This document shows positions 56,316 to 64,000 of a DNA stretch of 64,000 nucleotides, one piece after another; the first letter of the stretch is position 1; every line of letters starts with the position of its first letter. Below the pieces are notes generated by a model. The model was not told where the DNA came from. It did no database searches and saw nothing but the letters and a program-made list of their open reading frames with translations. Source of the DNA: Angustibacter luteus. GTDB taxonomy: Bacteria; Actinomycetota; Actinomycetes; Actinomycetales; Angustibacteraceae. The stretch is taken from NCBI RefSeq assembly GCF_039541115.1, contig NZ_BAABFP010000005.1, forward strand, positions 62,001-126,000, in the 5' to 3' direction. A program made the position numbers and the translations under genes.

Positions 56316-57872
56316 GTGTCTGCAGCCGCTGTGACGTCGCCCGGGCTGCGCCCATCGATCTCGACGGGGTGCACGCTGCGCGAGGTCGTCGACACCTCCC
56401 CGGAGCCGATCCGGTGCCCCGCTGAGGCACTCGCGTCCCGGGTGCTCGGGGTGACCCTGGACTCCCGGTCCGTGCGTCCCGGTGACCTCTACGCAGCCCT
56501 GCCGGGATCGCGGGTGCACGGCGCCGAGTTCGCCGCCGCGACCGCCGCGTCCGGAGCTCGGGCCGTGCTCACCGACGAGCACGGAGCGACCCTGGTGGCC
56601 GCGGCAGGGGTCGACCTTCCCGTGCTGGTCACCGCCGACCCCCGGGCGGTGCTGGGCTGGGTCGCCTCGACGGTCTACGGCAACCCGGCGGGGGACGTGA
56701 CCCTGCTGGGCGTGACGGGGACGAACGGCAAGACCACCACGACGTACCTGATGGACGCCGTGCTGCGGGCTGCGGGCCGCAGCACCGGACTGGTCGGCAC
56801 GGTCGAGACCCGGGTCGCCGACGTCCGCGTCCCCAGTGTGCGCACCACGCCCGAGGCCCCCGACCTGCACGCGCTGCTCGCCACGATGCGCGAGCGCGGG
56901 GTCCAGGTCTGCTCGATGGAGGTGTCCAGCCAGGCACTGGCCCAGCACCGGGTGGACGGCGCCGTCATGGACGTCGCCGGCTTCACCAACTTCAGCCAGG
57001 ACCACCTCGAGCTGCACGGGGACATGGACACGTACCTGGCGGCCAAGGAGCTGCTGCTCACCCCCGCGCACAGCCGCCGGGCCGTCGTCGTCGTGGACGA
57101 CGAGGGCTCGCGGCACGCCGCAGCCGGCGCCACCGTCCCGGTGACCACGCTGTCCGGCCGACCGGACGCCGACACGCACTGGCGGGTCGTGCGCCGTTCG
57201 CCGCGGGCCGGGGGGATCGACTTCGTGCTCGCCGACCAGGCGGGGCAGGAGCTGGCCCTGCGCTGCCCGCTCCCAGGCGACTTCAACGTGCTCAACGCCG
57301 CCCTGGCCGCCGTGATGCTGCTGACCGCCGGGCTGAGCGCCGAGCAGGTGCGCAGCGGGTTGGCCGCCGCCGACGGCGTCCCCGGGCGCATGGAGCGGGT
57401 CAGCGAGCCCGGCCGCGACCCGCTCGCGGTGGTCGACTACGCGCACACCCCCGACGCGGTCGGCGCGGCCCTGCAGGCGCTGCGGCCGGCGGCGTCCGGT
57501 CGCCTGGTCGTCGTCCTCGGTGCGGGTGGGGACCGCGACCCCGGCAAGCGTCCTGGCATGGGTGGTGCCGCGGCCCGCTACGCCGACGTCGTGGTGGTCA
57601 CCGACGACAACCCGCGCACCGAGGACCCGGCCGCGATCCGCACCGCCGTCCTGGCTGGTGCCAGGTCCGCCGCGGTGGACGGAGTCGAGGTGATCGAGGT
57701 CGGCGACCGCCGGGCCGCCATCGAGGAGGGCGTCCGGCAGGCCGCCGGCCCCGGTGACGTCCTGCTCGTCGCCGGCAAGGGCCACGAACCCGGCCAGGAG
57801 GTCGCTGGCGTCGTCCATCCGTTCGACGACCGGGCCGAGCTCGCTCGGGCCCTGCGTGAGGCCCGCTCGTGA
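56316..57872 (+). CDS. murE: UDP-MurNAc-tripeptide synthetase MurE (DAP-type)
   Basis: [25 protein letters not shown] specificity motif, AGKGHE. Confidence 0.96.
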   Translation: MSAAAVTSPGLRPSISTGCTLREVVDTSPEPIRCPAEALASRVLGVTLDSRSVRPGDLYAALPGSRVHGAEFAAATAASGARAVLTDEHGATLVAAAGVDLPVLVTADPRAVLGWVASTVYGNPAGDVTLLGVTGTNGKTTTTYLMDAVLRAAGRSTGLVGTVETRVADVRVPSVRTTPEAPDLHALLATMRERGVQVCSMEVSSQALAQHRVDGAVMDVAGFTNFSQDHLELHGDMDTYLAAKELLLTPAHSRRAVVVVDDEGSRHAAAGATVPVTTLSGRPDADTHWRVVRRSPRAGGIDFVLADQAGQELALRCPLPGDFNVLNAALAAVMLLTAGLSAEQVRSGLAAADGVPGRMERVSEPGRDPLAVVDYAHTPDAVGAALQALRPAASGRLVVVLGAGGDRDPGKRPGMGGAAARYADVVVVTDDNPRTEDPAAIRTAVLAGARSAAVDGVEVIEVGDRRAAIEEGVRQAAGPGDVLLVAGKGHEPGQEVAGVVHPFDDRAELARALREARS

Positions 57873-59251
57873 TCCCGCTGACCCTGGCCGAGCTGGCCGC
57901 CGCGACCGGCGCCCGGCTGCACGGCGACCCCACGACGCTGGTGGACGGCGAGGTCGTCACGGATGCCCGTCTCTGCGGCCCCGGCAGCCTCTACGTCGCG
58001 CGCCGGGGTGAGCACGCGGACGGGATGGACTACGTGCCGCAGGCCGTCGGGCGTGGCGCCGTGGCGGTGCTGGCCGAGCGGCCGGCGGACGAGCTGGGCA
58101 CCCTGGTCGTCGACGACGTCCAGCTCGCGTTCGGGGCGATCGCGCACGAGGTGGCGCAGCGGGTGCCGGGGCTGCGGGTGGTCGCGATCACCGGGTCCTC
58201 GGGCAAGACGAGCACCAAGGACCTGCTGGCCCAGGTGCTGGCCGAGCACGGGCCGACCGTCGCCACCGTGGAGTCCTACAACGGCGAGGTCGGCGTCCCG
58301 CTGACCGTCTGCCGGGTCGAGCCCGGCACCGCCCACGTCGTCGTCGAGATGGGCGCGCGCGGCCTGGGCCACATCCGCTACCTGACCGAGATCGTGCGCC
58401 CGGACGTCGCGGTCGTCCTGAACGTCGGCGCCGCGCACGTGGGGGAGTTCGGCTCCGTCGAGGTCATCGCCCGCGCCAAGGCCGAGCTCGTGCAGGCGCT
58501 CACCCCCGACGGGGTCGCCGTGCTGAACGCCGACGACCCGCGGGTCCGAGCCATGGCCGGCGCCACGGCCGGCCGGGTCGTCCTGGTCGGGCGCTCCGAG
58601 GACGCCGAGGTGCGCGCCGCCGACGTCCTGCTCGACGACCAGGCCCGGGCGTCGTTCTCGTTGCAGCGCGGCGCCGAGGCGGCCCCGGTCCGGCTCGCGC
58701 TGCACGGCGAGCACCAGGTCGGCAACGCGCTCGCGGTCGCCGCCGTGGCCCTCGAGCTCGGGATGTCGCTGCCGGACGTCGCGCAGGCGCTGGGCCGGGC
58801 CCGCCCGGCGAGCCGCTGGCGGATGGAGGTCACGGAGCGCCCGGACGGAGTGCGCATCGTGAACGACGCCTACAACGCCAACCCGGACTCGATGCGAGCC
58901 GCACTGAAGGCGCTGGCCAGCATGGGCGAGGGGCGCCGCACCTGGGCCGTCCTCGGCGAGATGCTCGAGCTGGGGGACAGCACGATCGACGAGCACGACC
59001 GCATCGGCCGGCTCGCGGTGCGGCTCAACGTGTCGCGGCTCGTCGCCGTCGGCCCGGGGGCCCGCGCGATCCACACCGGTGCCACCCAGGAGGGATCCTG
59101 GGGGGAGGAGTCCATGCACGTGCCGGACGTCGAGGCGGCCTACGCGCTGCTCGCCGAGCAGCTGAAACCAGGGGACGTCGTGCTGTTGAAGTCGAGCCGG
59201 GACGCCGGCCTGCGCCATCTCGGGGACCGACTCGCGGGGGTGGGCGCATGA
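57869..59251 (+). CDS. murF: UDP-MurNAc-pentapeptide synthetase MurF
   Basis: [34 protein letters not shown]. Confidence 0.96.
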   Translation: MIPLTLAELAAATGARLHGDPTTLVDGEVVTDARLCGPGSLYVARRGEHADGMDYVPQAVGRGAVAVLAERPADELGTLVVDDVQLAFGAIAHEVAQRVPGLRVVAITGSSGKTSTKDLLAQVLAEHGPTVATVESYNGEVGVPLTVCRVEPGTAHVVVEMGARGLGHIRYLTEIVRPDVAVVLNVGAAHVGEFGSVEVIARAKAELVQALTPDGVAVLNADDPRVRAMAGATAGRVVLVGRSEDAEVRAADVLLDDQARASFSLQRGAEAAPVRLALHGEHQVGNALAVAAVALELGMSLPDVAQALGRARPASRWRMEVTERPDGVRIVNDAYNANPDSMRAALKALASMGEGRRTWAVLGEMLELGDSTIDEHDRIGRLAVRLNVSRLVAVGPGARAIHTGATQEGSWGEESMHVPDVEAAYALLAEQLKPGDVVLLKSSRDAGLRHLGDRLAGVGA

Positions 59252-60348
59252 GGGCCGTCCTGATCGCGGCTGCCGTCTCGCTGATGGTCTCGCTGCTGGG
59301 CACGCCGGTGTACATCCGCTGGCTCACCAAGCAGGGGTACGGCCAGTTCATCCGGGACGACGGCCCGACGTCGCACCACACCAAGCGCGGCACGCCGACC
59401 ATGGGCGGCACGGTCATCATCCTGGCGGCGCTGCTGGCCTACGGCGCGGCCCACCTCATCACCACGAACCCGCCGACGATGAGCGCGATCCTGGTGCTGT
59501 TCCTGATGACCGGCCTCGGCGTCGTCGGCTTCCTGGACGACTTCATCAAGATCAGCAAGCAGCGCAGCCTCGGGCTGCGCACCGTGCCCAAGCTCATCGG
59601 GCAGTCGGTGGTGGCCCTGCTGTTCGCCGTGCTGGTGCTGCAGTTCCCCAACCACAAGTTCCGCACCCCGGCCTCGACCCAGATCTCGTTCATCCGGGAC
59701 ACCCGGTTCGACTTCGCGTTCGCGGGGGCCACGCTCGGCGTCATCCTGTTCTGCATCTGGGCGTACGTGATGATCGCGGCGACCAGCAACGGCGTGAACC
59801 TCACCGACGGCCTGGACGGCCTGGCCACCGGGGCCAGCACGCTGGTGTTCGCGGCGTACGTGCTGATCGGCACCTGGCAGTCCAACCAGAGCTGCCAGCT
59901 GCTCGGCGACGGCGAGACCGGGGCGACCGCCCTGAAGTGCTACGAGGTCCGCGATCCTCGTGACCTGGCGGTGGTCGCCGCCTGCCTGATGGGCGCGTGC
60001 ATCGGGTTCCTGTGGTGGAACGCCTCGCCCGCGAAGATCTTCATGGGCGACACGGGGTCGCTCGCCCTCGGCGGCGCGCTGGCCGGCCTGGCGATCACGA
60101 CCCGCACCGAGCTGCTGCTGCTCGTCGTCGGCGGCCTCTTCGTGCTCATCACGCTCTCCGTCATCATCCAGGTCGGCTCGTTCAAGCTGACCGGCAGACG
60201 GGTCTTCCGGATGGCACCGCTGCAGCACCACTTCGAGCTGCTCGGCTGGCACGAGGTCACCATCGTCATCCGGTTCTGGATCATCGCCGGACTGTTCGTG
60301 GCCCTCGGCCTGGGCATCTTCTACGCGGAGTGGGTGGTCGGTTCGTGA
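59248..60348 (+). CDS. mraY: Phospho-MurNAc-pentapeptide transferase MraY
   Basis: [35 protein letters not shown]. Confidence 0.97.
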   Translation: MRAVLIAAAVSLMVSLLGTPVYIRWLTKQGYGQFIRDDGPTSHHTKRGTPTMGGTVIILAALLAYGAAHLITTNPPTMSAILVLFLMTGLGVVGFLDDFIKISKQRSLGLRTVPKLIGQSVVALLFAVLVLQFPNHKFRTPASTQISFIRDTRFDFAFAGATLGVILFCIWAYVMIAATSNGVNLTDGLDGLATGASTLVFAAYVLIGTWQSNQSCQLLGDGETGATALKCYEVRDPRDLAVVAACLMGACIGFLWWNASPAKIFMGDTGSLALGGALAGLAITTRTELLLLVVGGLFVLITLSVIIQVGSFKLTGRRVFRMAPLQHHFELLGWHEVTIVIRFWIIAGLFVALGLGIFYAEWVVGS

Positions 60349-61841
60349 GCGAGGCGGCTGGCCGGCTCGACGCCCTGACCGACTGCGACGCGGACTGGGC
60401 CGGCCTCGACGTCGTCGTGGCCGGGTTGGCGGTCAGCGGGTTCGCCGCCGCCGACGCGCTGCTGCAACGCGGGGCCCGTCTGGTCGTGCTGGACGGTCGA
60501 GAGGGCGCCGCCGAGCAGGAGCGGGCCGAGATCCTGCGCATCATGGGAGCCGACGTCCGGCTGGGTGACGATGCGACGACGTCGCTGCCCGGGCGCCCCG
60601 ACCTGGTGGTGACCTCGCCGGGCTGGCGGCCTGAGCAGCCCGTGCTCGCCGCAGCAGCCGCGGCTGGGATCCCGGTCTGGGGCGAGGTCGAGCTGGCCTG
60701 GCGGATGCGTCCGGCGCACGGCGGTCCGCCCTGGCTGACCCTGACCGGGACGAACGGCAAGACCACGACCGTCCGGATGCTCGCGTCGATGCTCGAGGCG
60801 GCGGGGCTCAAGGCCGCGGCCGTGGGCAACGTGGGGACGCCGATCCTGCACGCCGTGCTCTCCGAGCAGCCGCTGGACGTGCTGGCCGTCGAGCTGTCCA
60901 GCTTCCAGCTGCACTGGTTGGGACCGGACCGGGCCCGCTCCGTGGCGCCGCTGGCCAGCGCCGTCCTCAACGTCGCGCCCGACCACCTCGACTGGCACGG
61001 CAGCCTCGAGGCCTACACCCGGGACAAGGGCGAGGTGTACGAGCGCACCGAGGTGGCCTGCGTCTACAACGTGCAGGACCCGCGGACCGAGCAGCTGGTG
61101 CGCGACGCCGACGTCACCGACGGCTGCCGCGCGATCGGCTTCACCCTCGGCACCCCGTCGGTCGGGATGGTCGGGGTGGTGGACGACGTGCTGGCCGACC
61201 GGGCGTTCGTCGAGGAGCGCCGCACGTCGGCCGCCGAGCTCGGCACGCTGGACGACGTCCAGGGCGACTCCCCGGTGCTGGCCCCCCACCAGGTGTCGAA
61301 CGCGCTGGCCGCGGCCGCGCTGGCCCGGGCGGCCGGGGTGCCACCCGCCGCGGTGCGCAACGGCCTGCGCGGGTTCCGGCCCGACCCGCACCGCATCGCG
61401 CACGTCGCCACGGTGGACGGCGTGACCTGGGTCGACGACTCCAAGGCGACCAACCCGCCGGCTGCTGCCGCGTCGCTGGCCGCGTTCGAGCACGTGGTCT
61501 GGGTGGCCGGCGGGCTGCTCAAGGGCGCGGACGTCGACGACCTGGTCCGGGTGCACGCGCCGCGCCTGCGCGCCGCCGTGCTGATCGGTCGGGACCGGGA
61601 CCAGATCGCCCGGGCGATCGCGCGACACGCGCCGGATGTCCCGGTCGTGGAGGTCGACCCGTCGGAGACTGGCCTCATGGACGACGTCGTGCGCCGCGCC
61701 GCAGGTCTGGCGCACCCCGGCGACACCGTGCTGCTCGCCCCGGCGGCGGCGTCGATGGACCAGTTCCGCGACTACGCCCAGCGCGGGGAGGAGTTCGCCG
61801 CCGCCGTCCACCGGTTCACTCGGTCACGGCAGGGGGAGTAG
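60345..61841 (+). CDS. murD: UDP-MurNAc-L-Ala:D-Glu ligase MurD
   Basis: [41 protein letters not shown] 60345 overlapping the mraY stop. Confidence 0.96.
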   Translation: MSEAAGRLDALTDCDADWAGLDVVVAGLAVSGFAAADALLQRGARLVVLDGREGAAEQERAEILRIMGADVRLGDDATTSLPGRPDLVVTSPGWRPEQPVLAAAAAAGIPVWGEVELAWRMRPAHGGPPWLTLTGTNGKTTTVRMLASMLEAAGLKAAAVGNVGTPILHAVLSEQPLDVLAVELSSFQLHWLGPDRARSVAPLASAVLNVAPDHLDWHGSLEAYTRDKGEVYERTEVACVYNVQDPRTEQLVRDADVTDGCRAIGFTLGTPSVGMVGVVDDVLADRAFVEERRTSAAELGTLDDVQGDSPVLAPHQVSNALAAAALARAAGVPPAAVRNGLRGFRPDPHRIAHVATVDGVTWVDDSKATNPPAAAASLAAFEHVVWVAGGLLKGADVDDLVRVHAPRLRAAVLIGRDRDQIARAIARHAPDVPVVEVDPSETGLMDDVVRRAAGLAHPGDTVLLAPAAASMDQFRDYAQRGEEFAAAVHRFTRSRQGE

Positions 61842-61844
61842 CAC

Positions 61845-63104
61845 GTGAGCAGCCAGGTCGACCGGCGCGAGGCGTTCGCCGTGCCGCAGTCGCGACTGCG
61901 TCGGCACGTACCGGCCGCGGAGCGGCTGGACTCGCCCGTGACCACCTACTACGTGCTGCTCGGCTCGACGCTGCTGCTGCTGGTCATCGGGCTGGTCATG
62001 GTGCTGTCGGCCTCCTCGGTCACGTCGCTGTCCAAGAGCGGGTCCTCGTTCACCGTGTTCCTGAGCCAGCTCCGATTCGCCGTGATCGGGCTCCCGCTCA
62101 TGCTGGTCGCCTCCCGCGTGCCGGTCCGCTGGTGGAAGCGCTTCGGCTGGGTCGTGCTGATCGGTGCGCTCGCCGCCCAGCTCCTGGTCTTCACCGGGCT
62201 CGGGGTCAGCGTCAACGGCAACCGCAACTGGATCGAGCTCGGCGGCCAACGGCTGCAGCCCTCCGAGGGGCTCAAGCTCGCGCTCGTGCTGTGGGGCGCC
62301 GCCGTGCTGGCCCGCAAGCGGCTGCTGCTGGACCGCTGGGTGCACGTGCTGGTCCCGGTGCTCGCGCCGGTCGGCGTGCTGGCCATTGCGCTCGTGCTGG
62401 CCGGTCACGACCTCGGGACGGCGTTGGTCCTGCTGATGATCCTGGGGGCACTGCTGTTCGCCGCAGGGGTACCCGCCCGGATGTTCCTGTTCGCCGGCGC
62501 GGCCATGAGCGGCCTGGTGGCCGTGATGGTCAGCACCAGCCCCAACCGCATGCAGCGCATCGAGTCGTGGCTGGGTGGGGGCTCGTGCACTGAGGTCCTC
62601 ACCACCTGCTACCAGTCGATCCACGGCAAGTACGCGTTGGCCGACGGGGGCTGGTGGGGGGTCGGGCTGGGCGCGAGCCGCGAGAAGTGGTCCTGGCTTC
62701 CCGAGGCGCACAACGACTTCATCTTCGCCATCATCGGTGAGGAGCTGGGGCTGCCCGGCGTCCTCGTCGTCCTCGCGCTCTTCCTGCTGATCGGCTGGGC
62801 CTGCCTGCGGCTGGTCACCCGCAGCGACGACCTGTTCGTCCGCATCGCGTCGGCCGCGACGATGGCCTGGCTGCTCGGCCAGACCCTGATCAACGTCGGC
62901 GCCGTCATCGGGATGCTCCCGGTCATCGGGCTGCCGCTGCCGCTGGTCTCCAGCGGCGGCTCCGCGCTGATCACCTCGATGCTGGTGCTGGGCATGCTGA
63001 TGGCCTTCGCCCGCGCCGAGCCTGGTGCGGCGCAGGCCTTGGGGGCGCGCGCGGGACTGCTGCGGCGCTCGCTCGCGGTCCTGCCGGGGCGGCGCGGGTC
63101 GTGA
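61845..63104 (+). CDS. ftsW: Peptidoglycan polymerase FtsW
   Basis: About 10 TM helices, [37 protein letters not shown]. Confidence 0.95.
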   Translation: MSSQVDRREAFAVPQSRLRRHVPAAERLDSPVTTYYVLLGSTLLLLVIGLVMVLSASSVTSLSKSGSSFTVFLSQLRFAVIGLPLMLVASRVPVRWWKRFGWVVLIGALAAQLLVFTGLGVSVNGNRNWIELGGQRLQPSEGLKLALVLWGAAVLARKRLLLDRWVHVLVPVLAPVGVLAIALVLAGHDLGTALVLLMILGALLFAAGVPARMFLFAGAAMSGLVAVMVSTSPNRMQRIESWLGGGSCTEVLTTCYQSIHGKYALADGGWWGVGLGASREKWSWLPEAHNDFIFAIIGEELGLPGVLVVLALFLLIGWACLRLVTRSDDLFVRIASAATMAWLLGQTLINVGAVIGMLPVIGLPLPLVSSGGSALITSMLVLGMLMAFARAEPGAAQALGARAGLLRRSLAVLPGRRGS

Positions 63105-64000
63105 CGACGTCCGTGCTGCTCGCCGGCGGGGGGACCGCCGGTCACGTCTCACCGCTGCTGGCGCTGGCGGACTGCCTGCGCCGGCGCGACCCGGCGACCC
63201 GGATCACCGTGCTGGGCACCACCGAGGGGCTCGAGGCGCGGCTGGTGCCGGCGCACGGGTACGAGCTGCTGACCATTCCCAAGGTGCCGATGCCGCGCCG
63301 TCCAGGTCCGGCCCTGGTTCGGCTGCCCGGACGCCTGTCGTCGGCCGTGCGGGCCGCGTCCGACGCGGTGCGCACCAGCGAGGCGGACGTCGTCGTGGGC
63401 TTCGGCGGGTACGTGGCCGCGCCCGCCTACCTGGCCGCGCGCCGGCGTGGCGTGCCGATCGCCGTGCACGAGCAGAACCCGCTTCCCGGGGTCGCCAACC
63501 GGCTCGGGGCCCGGCTGACCCGCTTCGTGGCCACCACGTTCGCGGACACCCAGCTGCCGCACGCCGTGCACACCGGGATGCCGCTGCGCCAGCAGATCAG
63601 CAGCCTGGCCGGCCTCAGCGGGGCCGAGCGCGCCGAGCGCCGGGCCGCGGCCCGGGCCGAGCTCGGGCTGGACCCGGATCGCCAGACCTTGCTGGTCACC
63701 GGCGGGTCGTCGGGCGCGCAGCGGCTGAACGAGACGTTCGGCGCCGCCGCGCCGGAGCTGCGGGCGGCGGGCGTCCAGGTCCTGCACGTGAGCGGGCTGG
63801 GCAAGCACGTGCACGTCGAGAGCGCGCCGGACGACGGTCGCGACGTCGGCGCCCCCTACGTCGTGCTGCCGTACCTGGACCGGATGGACGAGGCCTACCT
63901 GGCCGCGGACCTGGTGGTCTGCCGGTCGGGGGCCAACACGGTCTGCGAGCTGGCGACGGCCGGCCTCCCGGCGGCGTACGTGCCGCTGCCGATCGGCAAC
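63101..64000 (+). CDS. murG: MurG glycosyltransferase (partial, runs off the window)
   Basis: Hand translation from GTG 63101: [33 protein letters not shown]. Confidence 0.95.
   Translation, partial: MTTSVLLAGGGTAGHVSPLLALADCLRRRDPATRITVLGTTEGLEARLVPAHGYELLTIPKVPMPRRPGPALVRLPGRLSSAVRAASDAVRTSEADVVVGFGGYVAAPAYLAARRRGVPIAVHEQNPLPGVANRLGARLTRFVATTFADTQLPHAVHTGMPLRQQISSLAGLSGAERAERRAAARAELGLDPDRQTLLVTGGSSGAQRLNETFGAAAPELRAAGVQVLHVSGLGKHVHVESAPDDGRDVGAPYVVLPYLDRMDEAYLAADLVVCRSGANTVCELATAGLPAAYVPLPIGN

Overview
High-GC actinobacterial chromosome segment; gene order and content suggest a Kineosporiales/Micrococcales-type organism (inference). The left part (1-22.3 kb) is mostly core genome: a partial L,D-transpeptidase, a NodI/DrrA-like ABC exporter, recA-recX, a gluABCD-like transporter, miaB-miaA-dapF, ggt, a small methyltransferase, hflX, an OmpR-type two-component pair and dinG. 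An accessory stretch (about 22.4-38.5 kb) holds the most interesting material. (i) A three-gene secreted cluster (27.7-31.7 kb) has motif logic that fits a sortase-independent, TasA/CalY-like donor-strand pilus: shaft pilin, membrane anchor and repetitive tip adhesin, preceded by a BldD-type box. (ii) A tightly coupled five-gene cytoplasmic operon of unknown function (32.5-36.2 kb) encodes a His-ringed beta-propeller, a beta-rich protein, Ig-like proteins and a 16-Cys protein ending CDCGCC, and lies divergent from an orphan ThiF/TOMM-type scaffold gene. (iii) There is also a DUF362-like/SRPBCC fusion with an SDR enzyme. Next comes a LexA-boxed DUF6504-HEPN-dnaE2-methyltransferase-dinB cassette lacking imuA/imuB, then moxR-DUF58-transglutaminase, and the dcw cluster (mraZ, mraW RNA motif, rsmH, ftsL, ftsI, murE, murF, mraY, murD, ftsW, partial murG). 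I saw no rRNA, tRNA, CRISPR array or transposase. All family calls are from motif recognition by eye; no database search was run.
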